Source: Gemmatimonadales bacterium
GTDB taxonomy: Bacteria > Gemmatimonadota > Gemmatimonadetes > Gemmatimonadales > GWC2-71-9
Direction: 5' to 3'
DNA: 64,000 nucleotides
Assembly (NCBI GenBank): GCA_036002045.1
Contig: DASYTT010000095.1
Span: 3,061 to 67,060 of the forward strand
Position 1 is the stretch's first letter. Each line of letters begins with the position of its first letter. Positions 34,601 to 42,610 of this stretch are shown here, in pieces. The notes below the pieces were generated by a model that was not told where the DNA came from, ran no database searches, and saw only the letters and a program-made list of their open reading frames with translations. The translations under genes were made by a program, and so were the position numbers.

Positions 34601-36154
34601 CAGCAGGACGAGCAGTAAGGCGGCCGCTTTGGCCAGCCTGACGGCTCGATAGCCGCCTCGGCGGCGATCGGCGAGATACATCGCCCCAAAGACGAGAATG
34701 AGGACGAGCGCCGCTGGTGCGATGTACCGAAACGCGCGCTGGCCCCCTGCGGCTTCCGCGGGCTGCAGGATCGCGTTGGCCTCGGCCACCAGAGGCTCGC
34801 CGGGAATCGCGGTCGCCACGATGGCGCGAAGCGCGTTGGCGGTGGCGTCGTTGTGGAGGCTGCCGGTCGCCTGCTGCGTTGCGAGGGCGGCCCGGGTGGC
34901 GTTGAGCGCTTCCTCCACCTCATGGGGTCGGTAACCCAGGGTCGAGAGGTCAGGTGTGGCGGGCTCCAGGTATTCCGGGAACTTCTGTTCGACGCGCTGC
35001 AGCAGGTCGGCAGTCTGCGCGGGCAGCGAGGCCGCCAGGTAACGGTCCGCCAGCTTGCCCATGAGCGGGACGCCGACGGCGCCAGCCATGCCGAGGCCGA
35101 TTCCAGCGGTCAGCACGATGCCAAGCGAACCGGTGCGCGGCAGCTTCTCACTCACCGTGCCGACCATGGTGGGGAAAAAGAACGCAACGCCGCAGGCGAA
35201 GACGGTCGCGGCCGCGAAGGCACTCCAGGTGCCGGTGGCAAAGCTCAGGAGAAAAAGTCCCGAGCCGGTGAGCAGGGCGGCGATGAGTAACATGCCGGTC
35301 GGCTGCAATCGCTCGACGGCATGGCCGGCAAGCGAGCGCAACACCACCATCCAGCCGCTGATCCAGACGAGCACCAGGATGCCGTGCAAGCCAGCCGACT
35401 GGAGCACCGCGGGCACCCAGCGCATGGGCCCGAGCTCCATCGAGGTGGTGATCGCCATCATCGCGAGCATCAGCAGGAAGAACGGATTCGTCAGCGTGTA
35501 ACGGAACATGTCGCGAACCGGGATGCCGTGTTCGGCATTCTCCGTTTTGGGAAATCGCTGCGGAAGGAGTAGCGTCCCATAGACGAGAATCGGCAGGTAA
35601 ATCACTGCGAGCTGCCAGGGCCAATAAAAAAACTTGCCGCCCCAGGTCGCGAGCGCAAAGCCGGTGAGTCCGCCGAGCACGATACCGATTGGGAAGAACG
35701 CGTGAAACCAGTTCAGGTGTTTGGTCTTCGCGTCGGGGAAGAGAGCCGCGACGAGTGGGTTCCCGGTCACCTCAATCATCCCGTTCCCTGCAGCCAGGGT
35801 TGCCGCGCCCGCCATCAGCATCCAGAAGGCCGACGGGTCGCCCACCCGGGTAACCGCCAGAATCATCAGCGTGATGCCGGTGAGGTGGCCGGCAAAGGCG
35901 AGCCGAGCGCCGTTCTTCAATCCAAAGGCCTCGAGCAGCGGCCCCATCACGAGCAGCGAGATCGCCATGCCCCAGAGGGCGGCGCCGCCGATCAGGCCGA
36001 CCTGGTAGTTGGTGAGGATGAATTGCTGCTTGAGCGGCACCAGGATGTTGCTGACCAGCGCGAAGGAGGCGCCGGTCGGAATCAGCGCCAGGCAGATTCC
36101 AAAGAAGAGGCGGCGCCGGTGGATCGCGCCGGGCTGTGTGCCGGGCTCGGCCAT
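31694..36154 (-). CDS. fusion protein: 12-TM MFS permease + internal signal peptide/13th TM + ThuA-like domain + TIGR02604-type beta-propeller dehydrogenase domain + HEAT-like repeats (no cytochrome c)
   Basis: Single uninterrupted frame. Start taken as ATG 36154 (GGAG 10 nt upstream); the ORF-track GTG 36202 is an alternative. Domain motifs are listed in the findings. Confidence 0.75.
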   Translation of the reverse strand: MAEPGTQPGAIHRRRLFFGICLALIPTGASFALVSNILVPLKQQFILTNYQVGLIGGAALWGMAISLLVMGPLLEAFGLKNGARLAFAGHLTGITLMILAVTRVGDPSAFWMLMAGAATLAAGNGMIEVTGNPLVAALFPDAKTKHLNWFHAFFPIGIVLGGLTGFALATWGGKFFYWPWQLAVIYLPILVYGTLLLPQRFPKTENAEHGIPVRDMFRYTLTNPFFLLMLAMMAITTSMELGPMRWVPAVLQSAGLHGILVLVWISGWMVVLRSLAGHAVERLQPTGMLLIAALLTGSGLFLLSFATGTWSAFAAATVFACGVAFFFPTMVGTVSEKLPRTGSLGIVLTAGIGLGMAGAVGVPLMGKLADRYLAASLPAQTADLLQRVEQKFPEYLEPATPDLSTLGYRPHEVEEALNATRAALATQQATGSLHNDATANALRAIVATAIPGEPLVAEANAILQPAEAAGGQRAFRYIAPAALVLILVFGAMYLADRRRGGYRAVRLAKAAALLLVLLLPASAHAQTRLIAQQPNRRPVARLAVLFLGDNGHHRPTQRAKELLPILAQNGIDLFYTDDREDLNDAELNRYQVVMLYNNHLTISKPQLAALLAFVGDGGGLVVLHCASASFQNSEEFIRLVGAAFKSHGTDTFSVVRVTPDHPAIRDVPTFTSWDETYVHTKHNPVNRTVLEVRRENGHDEPWTWVRTYGKGRVFYTAWGHDQRTWGNPGFQRLVERGIRWTAGDAALTRVAASPAPKMLDLPVPLPTYKRPPAPWNTLDTAVTRAPDALPTRESLLLMTLRPRFSVTPFAFEPLIGNIIDFTWDARGRMWAVETNDYPNVVLPDSVPGHDRILILQDSNNDGVADKVTVFAEGLNLATSLAFANGGLVVGQAPHMLFFKDTNGDDKADEKQILFTGFPRGDTHGTISNLRYGFDNQVWGSLGYNGFRGTVGKTTYARGQFGSGYFRFPGDGSELEYVARTSNNTWGVAFTEDNFVFGSTANSRPSNFVHIPLRYYRAMGARDTVLPDIADRLDVFPVRDILQVDQFGRYTAGAAHEVYTARAFPKEYWNRVAFVAEPTAHLIGMFELNDNGSAFRAKNRWSFLASRDAWAAPVQVKVGPDGALWVSDFYTLVAQHNPTPKDLQGCCETGPGNAYETPNRDRLHGRIYRIAYDSVGAAPPLRLDKASPPQLVRALKNDNLFWRLTAQRLLVERGKQDVVPALIELVNDQTVDAQGLNPSALHALWTLQGLGALGQPGDALRAARNALYHPAASLRRAALMLLPRDQELADAIFAAGILPDRSSPWPVEYTVPTGILQDADAHVRLEALLALSELPASPRAAAGIADIIMFPANARDAWLPDAVAIAGAKQGPDFLRELVRRRVPDNDSLAVAGMQRAVAKLARYHAAPKDIPKVVELIGAVPQATAQLAVALLTGIAEGWPQESPPELSVEQRAALAASARDASPELTAAFAKVAARWTLPEVFKQP

Positions 36155-36195
36155 GTCAATTACTCCGGAGATGGACGGCTTCCGAGATAATAGCG

Positions 36196-38313
36196 CTAAC
36201 ACTCGATCGGCGCGCCTTCGGCCCGGCCGCGTAGCCGCACCCGGTATGCCGAGCCCGAGCGCGCGCGGGACCAGCGGAGCTGCCAGCGAGCCGGCTGCTG
36301 ACGGAGCGAGCGCAGATGGAGCTCGACGGAAGGATCATCATCCCACGCCACTACCACACTATCGTGAAGGATTTCGACGTTAGGGCTGGTGACGAAGGGA
36401 CTCCGGGCAGGCCAATCCTGGACCGCGCCGAGCCGGTAATCGACGTAGAGCGTATCACGGGAGCACCACGCCCGCTCCACCCGGGGCGACTCCATGCGAG
36501 CGGATTTCTCGGGATGCAGGAGAGCTCTCCGGGTGCCCGGAAAATACGAGATGGTCCGGGCGCTCGCCCTCGGCAGAGTATCTCCAGTAGACAGGAGCGT
36601 AGTCAACCCCGAGAATGCCCGGACGAACATCGCGGCCTCTCCAGGACCGTAGAGCGTCGAGCCTCCTTCGTAGCGCTGTGCAGCGTATTCCTCCGCGGTG
36701 GTCACGTAGCCGATATGTCCATTGCTGAGGCCCAGGATCAGCGCCGTGTCCACGGAAAGGCCAAGCCGGTGGGCCGCCGCGAGCATCGCCGCACGCAGAT
36801 GGCCTCCGGTCGTGGTGGTCACCTCGCCGGGAATTGTACCGATCACGCGGTTTCCGATCCGCAGCACCGAGAGCTGAGCGAACGAGGGAAGCTTCGGGCT
36901 CACGGCCACCCGGTTCGGAAGGCTGCCGAACAGGACATCGAACAGGAGATGCTTGGACCCATGACAGCCCTGGCCGTGTGGATTGGCGGCTCCCTGCTCG
37001 AAACTCAGGGAAAGGAGCCCGAGCAATCGCAAGCGATTCACCCGGGTTAGGGCATCGGTTGAGCCACCTATGATGGAGGCTCCGACGGCCGGCACCCGGC
37101 AAATTCGCAGGGAGTCCGCATCCTGGCGGAGCGCCAGGGTCGAAAAGGTGCGCCCCAGCGTGAGTCGCTCGTCGAGTGCGTCGCCCAAGCTGTCGAATAG
37201 CTTGATCGCCTCGTCTCCCAAGCCGTTGCCGATCCGTTCGACCGCGTCCCGGGCTGCGTGGATGCAAGCAGCGGCGTCAGGTGGTGGCAGCGGCTTCCAT
37301 TGCCAGAGGGGCTTCGTGAACGGTCCTTCGAGCAGTGGCCAGGTGGCGAGGACCGGCACGGCGCAGCGGCTCCGGCTCGGCCAGTCCGGGGAAACGTCTC
37401 CTTCGGCGCCATTCGCGAAGAGATGAAATGCGTTCGGCACAAAGGACCCGGACCGATCGATGTGGCGCTCGAGCCGGCGCTCTACCAAGCCATGGATGTC
37501 CGCATCGAGCAGCTCATTCTCAGAGGCGTTGCCGGTGCCGTGGATGGCGAAGTGGCTGAAGGCTCCGACGGGCCGGTAGCGTCCGGTGAGGGAATCACGC
37601 TGATCGATCCGCAACAGCGTGAGGGTCGGATCGATCAAGCGGTACTCGAGCGGAAGCGAATCAGGTGCATCGGACGGTGCCGTGGGCTCCGGGAGATTGC
37701 GAAGCAGCGCCGACATGCTCCGAATGCGCGTATAGCCCCAGACCCGCCGGCTGCCCCATGCCGCCTTCGCGTCACGCAGATCCAGCGTGGCCGCGTGAAC
37801 TGCAGCAGCAATCCGCCGTGCGAGCGAATCCAACAAGACAGTGTCAAATCCCACCACGGAGCTGCCCTGGTCGTTGAAGGCTCCGCCCTCGAAGTAATGG
37901 CTGGGCCCCGAATGGGTATGGGTGACGGAAATAATCAAACGGTCAACCCCAATCCCGTCGCTGGCGGCCGTCAACGCCGCCACGCGCCGATGTAACAGGG
38001 CCGAGCCCAGCGGCAAGTCGGCCACCACGAGTGCAAGACGATTGCCGGCAGAATCCTCGAGCAACATAACCCGCGCGTACAAGCGCAGGCGGTAGCCGTG
38101 CGCGCGGCGTCCTTCGGTGGCATTTCCAGCCAGTCCGACACCGGCGGGCGGGGTGATGTCCGCCCGGCCGAATCCGGCCCGCAGGCGGGCTGAGTTCCCG
38201 GGATGGGGCTCCGGGCGGGGGCTCAGCAGACCATCCAGGAGAAGAGCTCTCCCGCAGGAGGTCAGCAGCGCGCTCGACAGCGCCAGTAGGACGAGCTGTC
38301 GCGCGGGAGTCAT
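36196..38313 (-). CDS. neutral/alkaline (non-lysosomal) ceramidase family protein, lipoprotein
   Basis: ATG 38313 overlaps the upstream stop (ATGA). Lipobox LLTSCG. N-terminal domain hallmarks FGRADITPPAGVGLAG, YARVMLLED and IISVTHTHSGPSHYFEG. Confidence 0.85.
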   Translation of the reverse strand: MTPARQLVLLALSSALLTSCGRALLLDGLLSPRPEPHPGNSARLRAGFGRADITPPAGVGLAGNATEGRRAHGYRLRLYARVMLLEDSAGNRLALVVADLPLGSALLHRRVAALTAASDGIGVDRLIISVTHTHSGPSHYFEGGAFNDQGSSVVGFDTVLLDSLARRIAAAVHAATLDLRDAKAAWGSRRVWGYTRIRSMSALLRNLPEPTAPSDAPDSLPLEYRLIDPTLTLLRIDQRDSLTGRYRPVGAFSHFAIHGTGNASENELLDADIHGLVERRLERHIDRSGSFVPNAFHLFANGAEGDVSPDWPSRSRCAVPVLATWPLLEGPFTKPLWQWKPLPPPDAAACIHAARDAVERIGNGLGDEAIKLFDSLGDALDERLTLGRTFSTLALRQDADSLRICRVPAVGASIIGGSTDALTRVNRLRLLGLLSLSFEQGAANPHGQGCHGSKHLLFDVLFGSLPNRVAVSPKLPSFAQLSVLRIGNRVIGTIPGEVTTTTGGHLRAAMLAAAHRLGLSVDTALILGLSNGHIGYVTTAEEYAAQRYEGGSTLYGPGEAAMFVRAFSGLTTLLSTGDTLPRASARTISYFPGTRRALLHPEKSARMESPRVERAWCSRDTLYVDYRLGAVQDWPARSPFVTSPNVEILHDSVVVAWDDDPSVELHLRSLRQQPARWQLRWSRARSGSAYRVRLRGRAEGAPIEC

Positions 38314-39179
38314 CGCAAGGTCCGCGCTTCGCCGCCCAGCAGCAACGTCACGCCGGCGGACAGCCACACGATCACGTTTTGGCTGCGCCCGATTCCATCG
38401 TAGCGAGTGGCGTCGTCCAAGTTGAGCTGGCTGTTCAATGCCACGCTGAAATTCGCCGAGCCCAGTCCCGGCCACTGGCTGACCCGGAAGAGCAGGTCGA
38501 GCCCGAGGCCGGCATGCGTAAGCCCACGCTCGGAGAAATTGGCGAGGTCGCTTGGCCGGGTGGGATCGGCTGCCTGCCCCAGGTTCAAACCGATTTCGCC
38601 GCCGAGTGAGACAAAGAAGAAAGGCGCGATCGGCCAACCCATAACGGGCGAGCTGGCGGAGGCGCGAATAAAGCCGCCCCTGACCTGATCGAGGTCCCAC
38701 CATGCTTCCAGCAGCGGGTTGAGGTAGGTACTGGTTACTCCCGCGGCGAGGTAGGCCTCCGTCGTGTTACCCAGCGGCCCAGCACCTCCTTGAGGCGAGG
38801 CACCTCGAAAGACATAGCGCACGATTCCCGAGCGCAGCCGGACAGAGCCGAGGCCGAGATCCGCCTGGACCCAGAGATTGTCCTCGCCGAGGTGACCGGC
38901 GCTATTCCCCAGCTCGGATAACTCGTCCGGGCTCACCTGGTCCAATTCGTAGTGGCGCGCCAGGCCGATCGCGAGGGAGAGGCTGCGCAACTGGTAGCCT
39001 GCGGCAAGCGACGGTTGGAGCACGATGCCGCCGGCTCGCGAAAGCCCGTGCCAAACGTAGCGATTGGAGGCGGCGAGGTCCAATCTCGCGACGGGCTGGG
39101 CGGAGAGGGGCACGACTACTATCCAACAAAGAAGACCCTGGAGCGCGTGACAGCGAGAAGCTAACCCGCTATTCCGCAA
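38310..39179 (-). CDS. putative outer-membrane beta-barrel protein (TorF/Gcw_chp-like)
   Basis: Signal peptide ..LLCWIVVVPLSAQP. Alternating hydrophobic strands; the early SNRYVWHGLSRAGGIVLQPSLAAGY resembles the TorF-like porin start. The family call is tentative. Confidence 0.55.
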   Translation of the reverse strand: MRNSGLASRCHALQGLLCWIVVVPLSAQPVARLDLAASNRYVWHGLSRAGGIVLQPSLAAGYQLRSLSLAIGLARHYELDQVSPDELSELGNSAGHLGEDNLWVQADLGLGSVRLRSGIVRYVFRGASPQGGAGPLGNTTEAYLAAGVTSTYLNPLLEAWWDLDQVRGGFIRASASSPVMGWPIAPFFFVSLGGEIGLNLGQAADPTRPSDLANFSERGLTHAGLGLDLLFRVSQWPGLGSANFSVALNSQLNLDDATRYDGIGRSQNVIVWLSAGVTLLLGGEARTLR

Positions 39180-40737
39180 CTGAGGCTCGCGTCCTCCACC
39201 ATTCGGCGGCTTGCTCCTCGTCCCAGGGCGCGACGTCGATCGCGGTGAGAGCGCGGCTCAGCTCGGCGGCGCTCCGCGGCCGCTGCTCGGGCCGCTTGGC
39301 CAGGCAGTCGAGTACAAGTTGCTCGAGGGCGGCCGGCACGGAATTGTCGGCGCGCTGGGAGGGCGGAACTGGCACCTCGTTCAGGTGTCGGGCGATCACG
39401 TGGACGACGTTGGCCGATTCGAAGCACGTTTTGCCGGTGAGGAGATAATAGGCGACGCAGCCCAGGGCATAGAGATCGGCCCGGCTGTCAATACTTTCAC
39501 CCAGAATCATTTCGGGAGCCATATAGTCCGGCGTTCCCGGGGTCAGGCCGACCTCGGTGGCGAGCGACAGCTCACGAGGGACAGTCTCCACCGATTTGAC
39601 CAAGCCAAAGTCCAGCACCTTCACGAAGTCATGGCTCAGGCCCAAGTGTCCGATGTGAATGTTGGCGGGCTTGATATCGCGATGCACCAGACCCGCGGCG
39701 TGGGCTTCCTGCAGGGACGCACACACCTGGCGCAGAATGTGAATGACCCGATTGGCGGGCAAGGGTCCGTGCTCGCGGACCAAGACGTCCAAGGTCATTC
39801 CGTCGAGCAGCTCCATCACGAAATAGAGTGTCTCGTCGGTTGTCACCCCGAAGTCGTAAAGCTCCACCGTATGGGGGGAGCGGAGGTTCGCGGCCGCCTG
39901 GGCCTCGCGGCGGAACCGCTTGACCGCAAGCTCTCCTGCCGCGCCGTTGCCGATCGTCTCAGGCCGGATGAGCTTGATGGCGGCAGGCCGCGCCAGCATG
40001 CGGTGGGTGGCGCGATAGACTTCTCCCATGCCGCCTTTGCCGAGCAGGTCACCCAGCTGATAGCTACCCATCTCCCGTGCCCTGCTGACCTGCTGACCCA
40101 GCTTGGTGACGACTTGCGAAATGACGACGGCGACACCGACGACGAGATAGTCCCAGTAGTGCATCCGCAGCAGATCGCCGAAGGACTCGTACTGCCAGCC
40201 ACCACGGGCTCTGGCGATAGCCATGCCGAGCGGGTTCATCGAGACCGCAAGCAGACCGGTGACCAGCGTCTTGAGCGGCGTGCTGGGCACGACCGCGGCG
40301 AAGAGAAGCACCGCCACACCAATCCAGCTGACGCCCGGCACAGGCTCGGCAGTGGAGGGCGCCCAGTGCCAGATCAGCCCCAGTGCGGCGGAGAGAAAAA
40401 CCAGGAAGCCGAGGCCGAGGTCCAAGATGAAGGCGGGGCTTCGGCTGCTCCGCCTGGTGTAGAAAAAGAGCGCGAAGGAAACCACGGCGCTCGCCAGGCC
40501 TATCGCGTCAGCGGACTGGAAGGCGAGCCAGGCGGGGTCACCCGAGGCACGCTGGATCAGGAGGTGATCCAGTAGCAGGCCGGCCACCCACAGAATACCG
40601 GCGAGCAGCGCGATGATTCCCAGCCGGCGCGAAGCATCACGGAGCAGATCGTCGGGGAGTCGGCGGCGACCTGGTGCTGCGGGGTAATTCGCTGAAGCGC
40701 TTGCGGGAGCCTGGCCGATCAGTTGCGGCGCGGCCAT
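39169..40737 (-). CDS. Ser/Thr protein kinase with N-terminal 6-TM membrane domain
   Basis: ATG 40737 is preceded by GGAGG. Six hydrophobic helices, then Hanks motifs AAIKLI, HRDIKPANIHI, DFGLVK, GTPDYMAPE. Confidence 0.9.
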   Translation of the reverse strand: MAAPQLIGQAPASASANYPAAPGRRRLPDDLLRDASRRLGIIALLAGILWVAGLLLDHLLIQRASGDPAWLAFQSADAIGLASAVVSFALFFYTRRSSRSPAFILDLGLGFLVFLSAALGLIWHWAPSTAEPVPGVSWIGVAVLLFAAVVPSTPLKTLVTGLLAVSMNPLGMAIARARGGWQYESFGDLLRMHYWDYLVVGVAVVISQVVTKLGQQVSRAREMGSYQLGDLLGKGGMGEVYRATHRMLARPAAIKLIRPETIGNGAAGELAVKRFRREAQAAANLRSPHTVELYDFGVTTDETLYFVMELLDGMTLDVLVREHGPLPANRVIHILRQVCASLQEAHAAGLVHRDIKPANIHIGHLGLSHDFVKVLDFGLVKSVETVPRELSLATEVGLTPGTPDYMAPEMILGESIDSRADLYALGCVAYYLLTGKTCFESANVVHVIARHLNEVPVPPSQRADNSVPAALEQLVLDCLAKRPEQRPRSAAELSRALTAIDVAPWDEEQAAEWWRTRASVAE

Positions 40738-40760
40738 GGGACCTCCGTTCAACGGAGAGT

Positions 40761-40970
40761 CTACGGCGATTCCCTGGTCTGCTCCAGCGAGGCATTCAGC
40801 GCCGTCGCAAGAGCAGCCTCGCCGCTGATCAGGGCGCTCCACGCAAGCTCCAGCCCTTTGCGTTTGCCCTTGGGCGTCAGCTTGAGTCCGTCCGGAGTGA
40901 TGATGAGCACGTAGGGCTCACCGCCGATGTTGAGCTCGCGCTTCAACGGCTTCTCGAGTTTGGTAGTCAT
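40761..40970 (-). CDS. small basic hypothetical protein (69 aa)
   Basis: ATG with GGAG 13 nt upstream. Ends 23 nt before the kinase start. No recognised family. Confidence 0.45.
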   Translation of the reverse strand: MTTKLEKPLKRELNIGGEPYVLIITPDGLKLTPKGKRKGLELAWSALISGEAALATALNASLEQTRESP

Positions 40971-41035
40971 GGCCTAAATCTACTCCATTTTGCGCTCGGG
41001 GGCGGAGGAAGGGCGGACGGACAGGTGAACCCGGT

Positions 41036-41069
41036 CCAAGAAAGAAAAGTCCCGATCACGGCGACGGGA
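41036..41069 (-). terminator. weak stem-loop plus T-tract at the end of the DUF3224 gene
   Basis: Minus strand reads TCCCG-N10-CGGGA followed by CTTTTCTTTCTT. The stem is only 5 bp and overlaps the stop codon. Confidence 0.3.
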
Positions 41070-41538
41070 TGGTGTACTCGAGCTCGTAGGAGTGCTTGCC
41101 GTCGGCGATCGTGATGAGCATCCTGCCGGCCAGACCCACCAGCTCGCCGGTGCCTGAGTCCGGCACAACCGTAATGATCAGCTGGGACGCGCCGCGTGTC
41201 ATGGTGCCGGAATGCTGGAGCACGAATGTGCCGTTCTTCCCGTGCAACCTGCCCGTCACCCGCTCGATGGCCACGTAACCCGCAGAGCCGCTGGCGACAG
41301 TGCCCGCCGTCAGCATCTCGCCCTTGCTGGTGCCCTCCAGGTCGCCGTGGAATTGCTTCTCGAGCGACATCCGGCTCAGGGTCGAACCCGCGAGGCTGTC
41401 CGCCAGGGGCAGCGGAGACAGCGTAACGTCGAAGCTGCCGCGAGCGTGCCGAGTCTGCACCTGCGCAAATACCGGCGGAACCACAGGGGACATGAGGATA
41501 CCCAGAATGACAACAGGAGTGCAGCATCGGTTCAGCAT
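41056..41538 (-). CDS. DUF3224-family protein with signal peptide
   Basis: ATG 41538 gives MLNRCCTPVVILGILMSPVVPPVFA-Q. The core GSFDVTL..MSLEKQFHGDLEGTSKGEMLTA..GYVAIERVTGRLHGKNGTFVLQH is DUF3224-like. Confidence 0.7.
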   Translation of the reverse strand: MLNRCCTPVVILGILMSPVVPPVFAQVQTRHARGSFDVTLSPLPLADSLAGSTLSRMSLEKQFHGDLEGTSKGEMLTAGTVASGSAGYVAIERVTGRLHGKNGTFVLQHSGTMTRGASQLIITVVPDSGTGELVGLAGRMLITIADGKHSYELEYTIPSP

Positions 41539-41627
41539 GTTTGGCCGGGTGCTCGGTTTCCAGGCGGTCGTGTCGAAGCCGATGTCGCCACCGTCCAAAG
41601 AATATAGGCCGACACCAGGGAGGAAGA

Positions 41628-42062
41628 ATGCAAGGCGCAGCGACGGCAACCAAGGGTGTGGCAGGCCAGGCGGAGGTGCAAGCATTGCTCAATCGGATGG
41701 CGCGGGCCATCACGCAGGGAGACGGCAAGACGGTCGCCTCGATGTGGGCCGTTCCCGCGCTCGTGCTGGGAGACACCGAGGCCCGTGCAGTCGGCACGCT
41801 GGACGAGGTCAAGGCGTTCTTCGGTGGAGCGAAAGAACAGTACAACGCGAAGGGCATCGTGGACACCCGAGCGGAAATCCGGGAGCTCAAGTGGCTGACC
41901 CCGCGCATCGCCCTGGTGGAGGTGCGCTGGCCCTATCTGGACGAGCAGGGCAAAGAAGTCGGGGAGGAGACCTCGACCTACGCGCTACGACGTGACGAGA
42001 CCGGCATCCTCAAGCTGCAAACGGCCATCATGCACGGCGCCGCCGAGCAGCCTCCGAGCTAA
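41628..42062 (+). CDS. NTF2/SnoaL-like fold protein
   Basis: ATG 41628 follows GGAGGAAG. The pattern QALLNRMARAITQGDGKTVASMW...VEVRW is typical of small NTF2-like proteins. Tentative. Confidence 0.55.
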   Translation: MQGAATATKGVAGQAEVQALLNRMARAITQGDGKTVASMWAVPALVLGDTEARAVGTLDEVKAFFGGAKEQYNAKGIVDTRAEIRELKWLTPRIALVEVRWPYLDEQGKEVGEETSTYALRRDETGILKLQTAIMHGAAEQPPS

Positions 42063-42610
42063 CGACCGACCCGGACGGTCCGCAGCGTCTGACGCAACGT
42101 ATCGAGCGTAGTCGGCAGGGTTGCCCAGCCTTGGGCAAACCCGCGCCGATCGCTCGCGATCACCCAGCCCGACACGAACACCGGCCGCCGCTGCAGTCCG
42201 GCAAGGCCGCCGCTGATCCGCCCGGTTTCGGTGTGCGCCTCCATCCCGCTCCAGCGATCCGTATGGATTGCCGAGCTATCCACGGTGATGCAATCCGCCT
42301 GGCACTCGGGGTCGGACCCCAGGCGCGGGGGCCAGTGCCCCAGTGCCGCCGAATCGTCGGGCCAGCGGATCACCTCGACGCTGAAAAAATCCTGTGGGTC
42401 TGGTCCCCGCGCCGGATCGAGGCGCTGCCAGGAATGCGCTTCGCTCTGGACGAAAGCCGGCGGGAGACAGAGGCTCAGCGAGGAGTCAGCGGTCCAGCTC
42501 CGCGGCCAATTGGACGGACAGTCGGCTGCGTCTCCAGAACCCTCGGTGCGCGCACACGTGAGAACCGTCGCAGCGGCGAATAGAGCGGAGGTGCGCACGC
42601 AACGGTTCAC
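42059..42610 (-). CDS. secreted/lipoprotein-like hypothetical protein
   Basis: GTG 42610 overlaps the dehydratase stop (GTGA). Hydrophobic N-terminus ALFAAATVLTCA. No recognised family. Confidence 0.5.
   Translation of the reverse strand: MNRCVRTSALFAAATVLTCARTEGSGDAADCPSNWPRSWTADSSLSLCLPPAFVQSEAHSWQRLDPARGPDPQDFFSVEVIRWPDDSAALGHWPPRLGSDPECQADCITVDSSAIHTDRWSGMEAHTETGRISGGLAGLQRRPVFVSGWVIASDRRGFAQGWATLPTTLDTLRQTLRTVRVGR

Noticed and set aside
34579-34681. Possibility that the MFS-dehydrogenase ORF is simply two genes mis-joined by a sequencing error, or a pseudogene.
   Set aside because: Not fully rejected. No stop codon or frame change is visible, both halves are intact, and the topology (12 TM + signal anchor) is self-consistent. 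I therefore report it as a fusion and flag the need for read-level verification.
40761-40970. The 69-aa gene considered as an antitoxin or toxin partner of the kinase.
   Set aside because: No recognisable TA-family motifs and no partner gene of matching size. Kept only as a hypothetical CDS.
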